A stretch of 64,000 bases of DNA from contig RQSC01000002.1 in assembly GCA_013416795.1 (NCBI GenBank), positions 121,442-185,441 on the forward strand, in the 5' to 3' direction. Positions 45,573 through 56,975 of this stretch are shown here, piece by piece. A program made the translations under genes and the position numbers. The stretch comes from Prasinococcaceae sp. CCMP 1430. Lineage: Eukaryota; Plantae; Prasinodermophyta. Numbering within the stretch: position 1 is the first letter of the stretch; each line of letters begins with the position of its first letter. The notes beneath the pieces were generated by a model. That model did not search any database. It was not told where the DNA came from and saw nothing but the letters and a program-made list of their open reading frames with translations.

Positions 45573-47616
45573 ATGCGCGGGTCTGGTCTTGTCAGTAGTC
45601 GCCCGCGCCATCGCGCTCCGCGGCTCTCGGCAGGAGCAAGTCGGCATGCCACAGCTCCCAGTCCCACAGCGCCTCCCAGTTCGCATCCGCGGTGGCGCCG
45701 ACACGAACGACCGCGCCGGAGTCGGGCCGCTGCGCGTACAACGCCAGCACTTGGACTGGCTGGTGATTGAGACGATGGGCCAGGTCGAGCCGAACCATCC
45801 CGCCGCCGAGCGAGAGTTCCACGGACGGCGTGAAGGACAGGTTGTTGTTGTACACATCAAATCCGCCCCTGTCGTCCCTGTCGCCCCGGCCCCGGCCGTA
45901 CCTGTCGCAGCGGCAGCGGCGCCGCCCGCGCCTGTTGAGGCGGCGCCCGTGGCGGCGTCGGACGCATCGGCGGCCGGCGCAGCGGCCGCCCTCGCGACGA
46001 TCATTGCCGACGAGGTTGCGACCGAGGAGGCGGCGAGCGCCGCAATCGTCCACGAGGTCGAGCAGGCGGCGACGGCTCGCAACATCGTGTTCGTGGCGTC
46101 CGAGGCGGCGCCGTACTCCAAGACGGGCGGGCTTGGCGACGTGTGTGGTTCGCTGCCGCCCGAGCTCTCCAAGCGCGGCCACCGCGTGATGGTAGTCGTC
46201 CCCCGCTACTACAACGACGAGGCGAAGCAGAAGGGCACGTACGCCAACGCGACTGACACGGGCGTGCGCGCGAACATCTGGGCGTACGGAGCCAACCACG
46301 AGGTCGGCTTCTTCCATGAGTACAGGGACGGCGTGGACTGGGTGTTCGTCGACAACCCGGTCTACCAGAGGGAGGGCAACCCGTACGGAAACAGCTACGG
46401 CGCCTTTGATGACAACCAGTTCCGCTACGTGCTCTTCACCATGGCCGCATGCGAGGCCCCCCTCATCGTGCCGTGTGGCGGTATGCCCTACGGCGAGGAC
46501 GTGGTCTTCCTCGCCAACGACTGGCACGCGGCCTTCACGCCCGTGCTGGTAGCCGCCAAGTATCGCCCGCACGGTGTCTACACCCGCGCTCGCACGCTCC
46601 TCGCCATTCACAACCTTTCCCACCAGGGAGTGGAGCCCTCGACGACCTTCGACGGCCTCGGGATCGACGGCGAGTGGTACAAGGCGCTCGAGTGGCAGTT
46701 CCCGGAGTGGGCGAGGGCGCACGAGCTCGACGAGGGCCTCGCGGTAAACCTCCTCAAGGGCGCCATCGTCACATCGGATAGGATCATCACCGTCTCGAAG
46801 GGGTACGCGTGGGAGATCACGACAGTCGAGGGCGGTTGGGGGCTTCAGCACGTCATCCAGAGTCGGGAGTTCGTCCTTGACGGCATCACCAACGGCATCG
46901 ACGTCGAGGACTGGAACCCGGCGAATGACGAGCACACTGCCGCTCCGTACACGGCCGATGACCTATCCGGCAAGGCGGAGTGCAAGCTGGCGCTGCAGCG
47001 CGAGCTTGGGCTGCCCGAGCGCGCGGATGTCCCGCTCATCGGCTTCATCGGGCGCCTCGACTATCAGAAGGGCCCCGATGTGATCCTGGACGTGTGCGAG
47101 CGCATCCTCCGACACAACGACGTGCAGCTGGTCATGCTCGGAAGCGGCGACAAGGACATGGAGGCGCAGATGCAGACCACCGAGAATGAGTTCCGTGAGA
47201 GGTTCCGTGGCTGGGTCGGCTTCTCTGTGCCCGTGTCTCACCGCATCACGGCAGGCTGCGACATTCTGCTCATGCCGTCGCGCTTCGAGCCTTGCGGCCT
47301 GAACCAGCTGTACGCGATGAGGTACGGTGCCGTGCCGGTCGTTCACGCGACAGGCGGGCTGCGCGACACCGTGCTTCAGTACAACTCGTTCGCCCATGAC
47401 GGCGAGGGCGACGGCACCGGCTTCTCCTTCCAGCCTCTGAGCGAGGAGGGGATGCTCAACTCGCTGTTTGAGGCCGTGGAAGTCTACAGGCATGACAAGG
47501 CGGCGTGGGAGCGCATCATGAAGCGCGGCATGACACAGGATCTGACATGGGGGCGCGTTGCGAAGGACTACGAGCAGGTTTTCGAATGGGCACTCGCTGA
47601 TCCCCCCTTTTGCTAG
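45573..47616 (+). CDS. SS1: Soluble starch synthase I (GT5), plastid; 5' structure uncertain
   Basis: EAAPYSKTGGLGDV, ANDWH, IHNLSHQG, the SSI-type WARAHELD.G.AVNLLKG, GRLDYQKG, PSRFEPCGL, TGGLRDT. Confidence 0.95.
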
Positions 47617-47786
47617 CTCAAGCTGAAGTGCAGTAGCGAGACTCTGGTGAGGAACACGCCCGCATGTGCGCACGTAAGTTGTTTGAGAGATACACGAGGC
47701 GAAGGAGTCCTGCGCTAGAAGCAAAGTAGCGACCGAAGAGTGCAGTATGCGCTCTACCGCAGGCGCGCGCGGCCGAGCCATCGAGG

Positions 47787-49505
47787 TCAGCCCGCGCGCT
47801 TGCCGGCCGAGCGTCCTCGCCTGTGGCCCTCCAAGCGAGCGCGCTCCTGGTACTCCGCCTCAGCCTCGTCCGCGCTGTCTGCGATGTCAGTGTCCGACTC
47901 GGAGTCTGAACGCCGCGCTGAGAATTCTGCCGCATAATCCTCATCTGCAGAATCGTCAATGCCACTGTCGCTTTGCGTCTATTGCCGCGCATCGCCAGCA
48001 TGCCGCTGTGTTAGGGTAAATCTTGCAGACTGCAGCAAGCGAGGGCGGTGACGAGCGAGGGGCGATTTGCGACACCAGCGAGGGACGGGGTTGCGTACCT
48101 CAATCTCGCCCCCTTCCATGTCCTCAGACTCCGACTGACTTGTATTCGTCTCCTCCTGGATCTGCGCATCGCGTGAGCGCTTGCGTCCTCGCTCGTCATC
48201 GCTGGTGGTCCGAGCGCCCTCCCCCTCGGATTCACTGACCTCAGTCGTCGCCTCGCCGTCGTCGCTGCCATCTCCAGCGTCGTTGCCGTCGCTCGTCGGC
48301 TCGTGACTGCCGTTCTCCGCATCCGCGCTGGGAACGTCAATCCCCTTCGCAGAGCGCCCACGCCGCAAACCGCACCTGAGCGCTTCGGTCGGTAGCATGT
48401 GTCGCGCTTCGTCGGCAGTATCGGCTCGCGCGCTGGCGCGCCTGCTCCGCTTCCCACCGCCCTCCTCAGCGTCTTCAAACAGGGCGTCGTACGCGTCCGT
48501 CGTGTACGACACAATTTTGCGCGCGCGCCGGCTGCGCCCAGTTTCTGAGGCAATCACGAGCGCGAGTTGCTCGTGCGTCCTCGCCTCCCGTCGGCGCGCG
48601 TCCCGCCGGCGCCGCTTTTCGTCGTTCTCGTGGTCCTCCAGCGCCTCTTGCAAAATGTCTGAGAGCTCACCGTCACAGCGTTTGAGGCGTCGAGCAAACT
48701 CGGCCGTTTCCTCGACGCCCGTGGCCAGCACCTCGAGCTCACCACCGAGAGGAGGAGGCACGAGATCATCGCGCATCCGGCGCGCCTGCCACTTGCACGG
48801 GCTCACGCCGTACAGGCGGACGCCAAGCGGCGAAGCCTCGTAAAAGTACTCGCGCCCGGACGCATCGACGTACACCGGCTCATCCCTGAGTTCCGGCGGC
48901 GGGCGTTGGCCGCGCGGCAGCTCCCCCCTCTCATAGGCGGCGTGATGCTTCGCCCAGTTCGCGATTTCATCCGCGACGTCACCTCCGGTGTGCAGCACAA
49001 AGTGGCATAAGGCCGACAGGACGTCCGCGCGGGAATCCGCGGGCAGCGCCGCGTACGCCTCCCATGCCGCATCCACGCCGCGCTCCTGGGGCGCGAGTGG
49101 GCAGTCCCCCGCGCTGTAGTGGCCCCAGTACTCTGCACACGCCCACGCGAGCTCGGCAACGAAGGAAACGTCGCAAAAGCTCTCGAACGCACCAACAAGC
49201 TCGCCCCAGTCCGCCAGCGTGTCGGCAGCGCTCGCTCCCAGCCCCGATGGCACAATCGGCGGCTCGGGGAGCCTCCTGGCCCTGTTCTGCGGCAGCACCG
49301 CCTTGAGGAGCGGCAGGTGCACCGCCGCAAGCACTGCCGCCGCCGCGCCACGCCTGCTGGGATCGCGAAGCGCGTGCTCGATCGTCGCGTGGCCGAGCCT
49401 CGCGGCGACTAGGGCCTCGAGCGCCGGATTTGCGTCCTCGAAGACGACCACGAAGGAGAAATACTGCGCGGTGAGCTCCTCGAACGTCGCCGCTTTGGCC
49501 GCCAT
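47787..49505 (-). CDS. DDT/WHIM-type chromatin-remodelling accessory protein (DDR4/RSF1-like)
   Basis: YAALPADSRADVLSALC (WHIM1-like), LRDEPVYVDASGREYFY..GVRLY and EVLATGVEE (WSD-like), RSRRARKIVSY, acidic tail. Intron 48098-47979. Confidence 0.65.
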
Positions 49506-49699
49506 CGCCGCCCCCCGCGCGCACGCACCCGGCGGACGCCCAGCGCCGGCCTCCGCGCGCGCAGTGCGATCAGGATGTCGACTTCGTCGCCGCGCGCGGG
49601 GGCAAAGCGCACGCCAGGGTGGCGCCCCGCGCCGCGGGACGTGCCGTGTGGCGGGCGCGCACCGCGCCAGCGCCTCGCCCGCACTGCTCCCCCCCGCCG

Positions 49700-50120
49700 C
49701 CATTTCCCGCCATTTTTTCCACCCGAACTTTTGATGGCATTTTCGTGCAAAAAATCCGTCGCTTCCGAGCGATGCACTGCTGCGAAAAGTCCAGCGGGGG
49801 AAAAACGCGCGGATTGCGTAATCATCCCCTTCAGTGCATTCCACCGAATGCGGTGCAGCTCAAGATTCAAACACGCGGGCGGGGCGGAAAAAAATGCGCA
49901 TGCGCGCCGCGGCCGAACAGCCGCGCGGATTCTAAATCTAAATCAAAATCAAAATCTAAACTCGATCACGATTTACTGTACATGCGCGATGCACCGGACT
50001 CGCCGCCATTTTTATCAAGGAAAATAGAGCGGAAATCATCGCGGAAAAAAGAGCCGTTGCGCCCGTTGGGTGGGGACAGGGTGACGGTGGAGGGCGCGGG
50101 TGAGGTGGGCGAACGGTAGG
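49700..50120. promoter_or_regulatory. Divergent promoter with E2F-like (TTTCCCGC) and tandem MSA-like (CAACGG) sites
   Basis: TTTCCCGC at 49703. CCGTTG at 50054 and 50063, AACGG at 50112. A (TCWAAA)n tract at 49931-49961. Confidence 0.45.
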
Positions 50121-50367
50121 GGGTGGGGGGTGGGGAAGAGGGGGGTGGGTAGGCGCGGAGGGGCCCAGGGGCGCCATAGCGCATCATCGGGGCGGGAGGA
50201 GACTACCGGGCGCGTGGGAGGGTCCGGGAAAGTCGGGCAGGCAAGCGCGCGCCGGCGCGACAGCGCGCGCCGCCGCGCACCCGCGCGGCAGCAGCCTCTG
50301 CGCCGCGCCCGCGGGGTGCGCGGGAGGGAGGGAAGCGGGGCGGGCGCCCTCCTCGCGCTGAGCGGAG

Positions 50368-51697
50368 ATGGCGACGATGGAAGACCTCGCCAAGCGTCTG
50401 AGCTTTGGCGACGCAACCGTCCACACGCCCGACGGTGGGCTGGCGCGCGCGCGCGACGTGCTCGCCGCTGTCACGGCCGGCACGCCGCCGCTCAGCGCGG
50501 CAGCGGACCAGGACGCCGCGCAGGAGGACCCCGAGGAGCGCGACGCAGCGGCCCTGAGGAGGGCACTGCGCGAGCGCTACGATCGCCCCCGTGCGCGCGT
50601 TTCGGAGATGGTCGCGCGCTGCGCGGCGGCGCACGCCGCAGGGGAGCTCGTCGCGGACAGCTTCGCGGCGCATGAGCTCGAGTCGTCGCGCGCCGCGCTG
50701 AAGCGCGACTTCATCGAGCTCAGCACGCAGCAGGAGGTGCTCTCGCTGCTCCTGGGGGCCAAAGGTGGCATGCCGTCTGTGGTGGCGGACGTGCAGCTTG
50801 GCAGCGTAGAGGACCTGGAAGCTGCACTTGCCGAGCACAAGGCGGCGAAGAAGGAGGCCAAGTCGGCCGCGCGCGCTGCGCTCGAGCGCGCACAGGGGCT
50901 CGTTGACGAGGTTGCGTCTGCTCACGAGGAGTACGAGGAGGAGCGGTCTGCCCTCATGCAGGCGATCGACGCCCTTGAGGCAGCTCAGCGGGAGCGCGAG
51001 GCAGCAGAGGCCGCCATGCCCTCGCCGCAGCCCGCCGAGGTGGTCGCGTCCGTCGAGCGCATCGCTGCGGACGCATCGGAGGCCGAGGCCGAGGCGCGCG
51101 CGCTCGCCGCCGCCATTTCCGCCGATGAGGAGGAGATTGCGTCACTTGAGGCCGATCTCCTCCCGCTGGAGGAGGAGCTCGGGGATCTTCGCGCCACCAT
51201 TGACGCCGAAGAGGCGGCTGCCGCCACGGAGGAGCAGCTCGGGGCCAAGAAGGCGCGCTCGAGGGAAATGCACGCGTGGTATTCGCAGATGGCGCAGCTC
51301 GTGGCCAATCTGGTGCGTGTGTGCGCTTGCCGCAGCTTACTCTCGCCGCGCGCTCGCACACGCGGGCTGCGCTCGTTGCCTATCCAACGCCGCGTTTCGC
51401 TGACGCGTGGCAATTCCGCTGTCTGCGCAGGGCGGTGCGACTCTCGTGAGAGACGAAGGAGACGAGGAAACGTCCGACGTGCTGCGCCTTCAGATCACAA
51501 CATACGTGAAAGACGGGCAGGTGCCCCTCAATCACGAGCTCACGCTCGCATTCGCGCCTGGCACCACTGAGCTCGCCGGCGCCTCGCTCAGTCCCGCGGA
51601 CACGCCCATAGACGACCTTGTCGAGGCCGCCAAGACAGACGCTCACCCACTGGCTTTCATTCTGCGCGAAGTGAAGGCAAAGCTCGCAGGCTGCTAG
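50368..51697 (+). CDS. ZWINT/Sos7/Kre28-like outer kinetochore coiled-coil protein with a C-terminal RWD-like domain
   Basis: LKRDFIELSTQQEVL resembles the Sos7 motif LKF.YLEQ.TKE.FL. Long coiled coil. Intron 51313-51430. C-terminal HELTLAF.PGT.EL....LSP.D.PIDDLVEAAK...LAFILREVK. Confidence 0.55.
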
Positions 51698-51919
51698 AGA
51701 GTGAGCCGAGCGTAGCCGCCACTTGTACTTAGGCCACACAGTCTTAAGACCACAGAGACGTATCGGACACGCTCGAGACACGTGTAGCCAAGCCATTAGC
51801 CAGTGGCGCTGCGTGGAACAGAACATCTTCGCAGCGGGCAGCGCGTCCCATCACCCGCCGCCGCCTTTACCGCCAAGGTGAAATGCACAAGATCGGGAAG
51901 CGCGTACACATCTGATGAA

Positions 51920-53665
51920 TTACTCGGTCCCCGACTCCCACTTCTCGAGCATGAATCTGTCCCAGTCGTTGGCGCACCAGATTTGCCCGCTGCCGAATGC
52001 GCGTTGCGCCTGCTTCTTGAGTAGCCCGACGTGCCGCTTGTCCTCTTGCATACCGTCTCGCCCTTCGCTCTCGAGGTCAGCGGCAGATTCGGGCGGGGCC
52101 TCGAAGCGGGCAGAAAAGTGAGTGAGCACCAGGTGGCGCGCGCTGCAATCACGCGCGAAGCGGCCGGCCATGCCCGCGGTCGAGTGGCCCTTGCGCGTAG
52201 CATCGGCGATTGCCCGTCGCATCTCGGACGGGTCGTTCTCTGGGCCGTCCGCGAACGTCGCCTCGTGCACGAGCAGGTCCGCGTTGCGCGCCAGCCGAAG
52301 TATGCCACGCGGCTCGTACGTATCGCCAAGAACCACGACCTTGCGGCCGCGCCTGGGCTTGCTCAAGACGTCTTCGGGTTGGATCACCTTGCCCTCGTAC
52401 TCGACGCTCTCGCCGCGTGTAAGGGCCTTGAAGAGCGGCCCTGGTGGCAGACCCAGCGCGCGCGCGGCGTCGGGATTGAAACGCCCGCGGCGAGACGCTT
52501 CGACGAAGGCGTAGCCGATGCACGGCACCGCGTGCTTCAGCGGCGCGGCGTGCACCGAGATGCCCAGCTCGTCGTCGGCGCAGACGTCCCATTCGAGGCC
52601 ATGCTCGAATGGCACGCGCCACTCCTGCCCGCTGCGCGTGGGACGCGCCGACGGCATCAGCGCCGCAGCGTCCGGGTTCACCTTCCCGACCAGCTCCCGC
52701 ACCACGATGGTGCCGTCCTTGTTCCCGCTGCGCCCCTTCTCGCCGAGTCCCTGCGCCTGCTCCTCGTCGACGAGCTCGGTGATTATCACCGGCATCGACA
52801 AGCGCGTGTACGAAGTAGCGAGCGCGGCGCGCACATACGTTGCCAAGCCCTTGGGGCCGTACAGCCGCAAGGGCGTGCGCTTCTCCGGCGCCTCCTGCTT
52901 CTGGACCGCGCTCAGCCCGCAGATGAGGCCTGGCAGGCCAAAGATGTGGTCGCCGTGCAGGTGTGTGATGAAGACGCGGTCAATTTTGTTGAGCTTGACG
53001 CTCGCGCTCTGCATGATGCGCATCTGAGAGCCCTCGCCGCAGTCGACCATCCACGAGGTCGTTGGGGTGTTGAGCGCGATGCAGCTCACGCTGCGGCGCA
53101 GCGTCGGCGCACCGCCACTCGTGCCCAAGAAACACAACTCGAGCCCGGTGGGGATGCCCAGGTGCGCCCCACGCTCGAGGCGAACCACCTGGCCCGAACG
53201 ATGGCGGTATCGCTCCGTCACTTCGCTGTTCGACGGCTGCCAACGCCCGTCGCTCCGCTCGCCCTGCGCGCCGCCTCCCGACGCATGCCGCTGCTCCTGC
53301 TGCGCCTGCCCCTCTGCACGCGGCTCAAGTTCGAGCTGTTCGCCCGCGTGCCCGCCACCGCCGTTGGGCGAGTCGCTCTCCTCACCCATGGAGCGCGTGG
53401 CCGAGACAGCAGCGGCGCTCGCCTCGCCCTCTGCCCGTAGCGCCCCCGCGAGCAGCTCGACGAGCTGTGCTTTCCTCGCGCCTGCATGGCGCACGCCTCG
53501 CCTGTCGAGCTCCTTGCGCAGCTCGGCCACGCGCATCTTCGCGAGCGCGGCCGGCGCAGCCGGCGGGGTGTCGCGCGTGTCCGCCGCAAGCTCGACGCTC
53601 GAGCCAGCAGCCGCGACGAGCGCCGGTCGCCTCCTCGCCAGCCCAGCCCACGGCGCGCCGCGCGC
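51920..53665 (-). CDS. rnz: Ribonuclease Z (short, bacterial-type) with N-terminal SAP domain; 5' end in gap
   Basis: FLGTSGGAPT.RR, VDCGEGSQ, THLHGDH, GP-rich exosite (LGLPPGP), GDT, HEAT, HST, LTHFSARF. SAP domain LAKMRVAELRKELDRRG..GARKAQLVELL. Confidence 0.93.
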   Translation of the reverse strand, partial: ARGAPWAGLARRRPALVAAAGSSVELAADTRDTPPAAPAALAKMRVAELRKELDRRGVRHAGARKAQLVELLAGALRAEGEASAAAVSATRSMGEESDSPNGGGGHAGEQLELEPRAEGQAQQEQRHASGGGAQGERSDGRWQPSNSEVTERYRHRSGQVVRLERGAHLGIPTGLELCFLGTSGGAPTLRRSVSCIALNTPTTSWMVDCGEGSQMRIMQSASVKLNKIDRVFITHLHGDHIFGLPGLICGLSAVQKQEAPEKRTPLRLYGPKGLATYVRAALATSYTRLSMPVIITELVDEEQAQGLGEKGRSGNKDGTIVVRELVGKVNPDAAALMPSARPTRSGQEWRVPFEHGLEWDVCADDELGISVHAAPLKHAVPCIGYAFVEASRRGRFNPDAARALGLPPGPLFKALTRGESVEYEGKVIQPEDVLSKPRRGRKVVVLGDTYEPRGILRLARNADLLVHEATFADGPENDPSEMRRAIADATRKGHSTAGMAGRFARDCSARHLVLTHFSARFEAPPESAADLESEGRDGMQEDKRHVGLLKKQAQRAFGSGQIWCANDWDRFMLEKWESGTE

Positions 53666-54052
53666 NNNNNNNNNNNNNNNNNNNNNNNNNNNNNNNNNNN
53701 NNNNNNNNNNNNNNNNNNNNNNNNNNNNNNNNNNNNNNNNNNNNNNNNNNNNNNNNNNNNNNNNNNNNNNNNNNNNNNNNNNNNNNNNNNNNNNNNNNNN
53801 NNNNNNNNNNNNNNNNNNNNNNNNNNNNNNNNNNNNNNNNNNNNNNNNNNNNNNNNNNCGCTCGCGAGCGCACGCGCACGCGCGGCGGGAGCGGGAGCGG
53901 GAGCGGCGGCAGGAACGGCCGTGGCGGCGGCAGCAGTGGCGCTGCAGGCGGGGCTGCGCAGCGCACGCAGGGTGTGGCGCACACGGATAGCGCACGCAGC
54001 TTCGTAGCCGGTGCCCTCGCGCAGGGATTAGGCCGTGAGGTGGCGAGCGGCG

Positions 54053-54313
54053 ATGTTCGGCTACCCGAGCGGCGGCGGCGGCGGCGGGGCGATGGCGCCG
54101 CCGCCTGCGCCTGGAGGCAGGCGCCTCGCCGAGCACTTCAGCCAAGTGCAGCTGCGTGACGGCAAGGGGCAGGGCGAGAATGGAGGCTTCATGTACGATT
54201 TGCCCGATGACGCGGAGGACATGGCCGCCGACGGAAGTGGCGACGGGATGCAATGTGGCTCAGACGGCGGTGCGCAAGGGGGCGGGTCCAAAAAGGGAGG
54301 GGGAGGCATTATT
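54053..54313 (+). other. Orphan coding-like exon of unknown product
   Basis: ATG-initiated with host-like codon usage (MFGYPSGGG...RLAEHFSQVQLRDGKGQGENGGFMYDLPDDAEDM). It ends at a possible GC donor (GCGAGT). No downstream exon was recognised. Confidence 0.3.
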
Positions 54314-54750
54314 GGCGAGTTCAATTGGGAGGGGAGGGGGCCTCAGCCTGTGTGCATGCATGCAGCGCAATGGGTTCCCGCACGAGGCTTGTGCGCCGAG
54401 GCGGGCGGGGGAGGGGGCTGTGGCAGGGGCGCTCAGGGTGTGGGGGGGGAGGGGGAATGGGGGGGATGGGAGCGGCGACAGGCCCGTGGTGTGGAGGCAA
54501 TGGCTGGCATCGTGCCAGCAACCTGGTGAAGAACAATACAGGGGGCAAAAATTACAAGCATAGCAGGGAGAGTCGGCGGAGGCGGTGCGCTGCGCTGGCT
54601 CGCGCAGACCCGACGAGACCGCGGCGGGATATTGCACCGCATGCGACGGTGGACGCGCCATCTCGCCGGGCTCGATCGTGGTCGCGTCGTCCTGTGGATC
54701 CCCCGGCCTCGCGGGCGGAAGTATAGCCGCCGCGCTGGCCACGGACGAGC

Positions 54751-55560
54751 TCAAGCGCACAGCTCCATCGCATCCTGGGGGTGCGAACCAGCGGTGTCCG
54801 CCCTCTGCCGCGCGCGCCGCCCGTTTCCAGGTCTCCCCTGCGCTGCTCTCGCTGCCACAGGCTCCCCTGTCGCCTCTGCCATCCCGACCCCGTGCATGTC
54901 GGCGAGTTTTTCACGGCCGCCCTGTATAAGTGTCCTGTTGAAGACGCCGCCAAGGCCGTACGCAGGCAGCATGCGAATGGACCGCGCGGCGCACGCCGAT
55001 GCCGTGGATCCCCTCAGGCTTCGTAGCCTCTTCAGCATTGGCGTCTTGGGCGACGAGGCGTACGAGAGCGCCAGCACGTGCAACGGCGTGCACAACAACT
55101 GCATTGCGGACGGCGTTGTGAGCTGTGCGACATTGGCCGCCGAATCGGTATCCAGACCCGCCGCGCGCTCGAGCGCCGCTGCAAACACGGCAGGCACAAT
55201 GAAGGCGCCGCCGATGGTCAAGATATCGCGCCCCGCAAAGAGCGCGTACGATATGGGCGGCACGGCGGTGACGCAGCCGCCGTACATGCGCGCGAAGGCG
55301 GCGTCCTTGGCGACACTGGCGCCCATGTTCACCGCCGTCGTGGTGGCGAACTTTGCCGAGGTGGCGACAGCGGCCGAGCAGCGGGTGCGCTCCGCGACGA
55401 CGTCCATCAGGTTCGCTGCGATGTACGTTGAACCGTACACGCCGGCGACCATGCGAGTCGACGGGGCCAGCATGGCAGTCACCGGGTTTTTGAGGGTTGC
55501 AGAGCCGATGCGAATCGCGGCCTTGAAGACACCCTCGGCGCCGCCCTTCGCAATTCATGT
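54751..55560 (-). CDS. Conserved mitochondrial-carrier-like membrane protein of unknown function; 5' exon not resolved
   Basis: VYGSTYIAAN, KDAAFARMYG, P.SYALF..RD.LTI, Q...TPLH.L.L and AR..R.LPAYG.GGV.N are motifs of a conserved eukaryotic family. Confidence 0.6.
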
Positions 55561-56085
55561 GATGCGCACAGTCGAGAGCGACCGCGTCAGAGCGAGCGAG
55601 CGAGCGAGCGCCCCGCGGGACGCGCTCCCTGCTGTGTGGCGCGGCAGCGCTTGGCGGGCGCCGCGCCGCACCACCGCGCCCCAGCGGCGCACGCTATCGC
55701 GGGCAGGCCGCACTGCCACGCGCGACACCCGCCCCGCGCGCCGCGCTCTCTGCGGGACGGATGAGGGGAGTATCGGGAGCGCTGTGCGTGCGTGTTCATT
55801 TTTTCCCGCGGGCGGCTTTTTGGCAGTTTTTTGCGCGAAAACAAAAACGGCAGGTGCGATTCGGCAATTTCGGATGGCGCTGTGCGCAGGGAAAAAAAAA
55901 AAAAGGACGCGAAACGCCCGTGCGCGACCTTCCCCACATAAACATGCCAAGAAACGCCGGCTGGGGCGCGCGTGTGCGCGCGGGGCCCCAGCCGGCGTGT
56001 GGCGTGCCTCCCCCCCCCCCTCCTCCCTGCCGAGCCTCGCCTCGCCTCCGAGCGGCGCGGCCTGCGCGGCCGCGGCGCGCGCGNG

Positions 56086-56757
56086 CCAGACTTCGAGGGC
56101 GACACGCCTGCGCATTTCGCAGCTTCGTGGTGTGAGGACAGCTGCCTTCAGCTGCTCCTCGAGGCAGGCGCAGACAAGGACAGGCCAAGCGACGACGGCA
56201 GCACGCCTCTGCATCTTGCAGCCGCGCCTATGTATCACGAAGGCGATGCAGGCCGGGCAGGCCGCACAGGTGAGCGTGTCTCTGCCAATCACAGATGCCT
56301 TCAGCTACTGCTCGAGGCAGGCGCCAATATAGACAAGGCAGATCAGTGGGGCAGTACGCCCCTGCATCTCGCAGCTGAGCTGGGCCATAAACGCTGCCTT
56401 CAGCTGCTCCTCGAGGCGGGGGCGAGCATCGAGGAAGTAGACGGCGACGGCTGCACGCCTCTGCATCTCGCAGCTGTGCGAGGCTCACATCGCTGCCTTC
56501 AGCTGCTGCTCGAGGCGGGGGCGAACATCGAGGGAGTAGATGGCAACGGCAGAACGCCTCTGCATGTCGCAGCTGAGCGGGACCAGAAACGCTGCCTTGA
56601 GCTGCTGCTCGAGGCGGGCGCGAAAGAAGATAAGGTAGACGATAACGGCAGGGGGTCCGATGTCTGGCCAGGCCAGGCCTGGCGTGCCCTGCCCGGTGGT
56701 TGGCAGGGCGCGCGCCCCTCGGGGCGGTTCGCGCGCGCGCCGCCGCGAGCCGTTTGA
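56086..56757 (+). CDS. Ankyrin-repeat protein (5 near-identical repeats), 5' end broken at an N
   Basis: G.TPLHLAA..G..RCLQLLLEAGA x5 on a 99-bp DNA unit. Confidence 0.85.
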   Translation, partial: PDFEGDTPAHFAASWCEDSCLQLLLEAGADKDRPSDDGSTPLHLAAAPMYHEGDAGRAGRTGERVSANHRCLQLLLEAGANIDKADQWGSTPLHLAAELGHKRCLQLLLEAGASIEEVDGDGCTPLHLAAVRGSHRCLQLLLEAGANIEGVDGNGRTPLHVAAERDQKRCLELLLEAGAKEDKVDDNGRGSDVWPGQAWRALPGGWQGARPSGRFARAPPRAV

Positions 56758-56975
56758 TGGGTGAGAGGATCCGAGTCGTGGGGCGGCGCGCGAACGCGCT
56801 TCCCGACGCCGAATGCACGAATGATCCAGGAAACGGCATCCGCGGCGGTGGTGCTGAGAGCCCCCTCCTTGCTGCATTATCCGTACCGGCGCCCGCAGGC
56901 GTTGCTGGCGCGTGGCGGGCGCGCCACAGCGCGCGCGTGCGGGCGCAGGCGCGCCTCGGTCCGCCCCGTCCGACC

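Noticed and set aside
49931-49961. (TCWAAA)5 tract as a mobile-element end
   Set aside because: No partner repeat, target duplication or transposase. Treated as a simple promoter microsatellite.
21676-53665. Bacterial contamination or operon suggested by leuS, nudC, hemE, rnz, mgtE and leuC
   Set aside because: They are interleaved with spliceosomal-intron eukaryotic genes and share the same codon usage, consistent with nuclear genes of organellar or bacterial ancestry.
56100-56650. Regularly spaced direct repeats as a possible CRISPR array
   Set aside because: They are in-frame 99-bp ankyrin coding repeats in a eukaryotic gene, with no cas genes.
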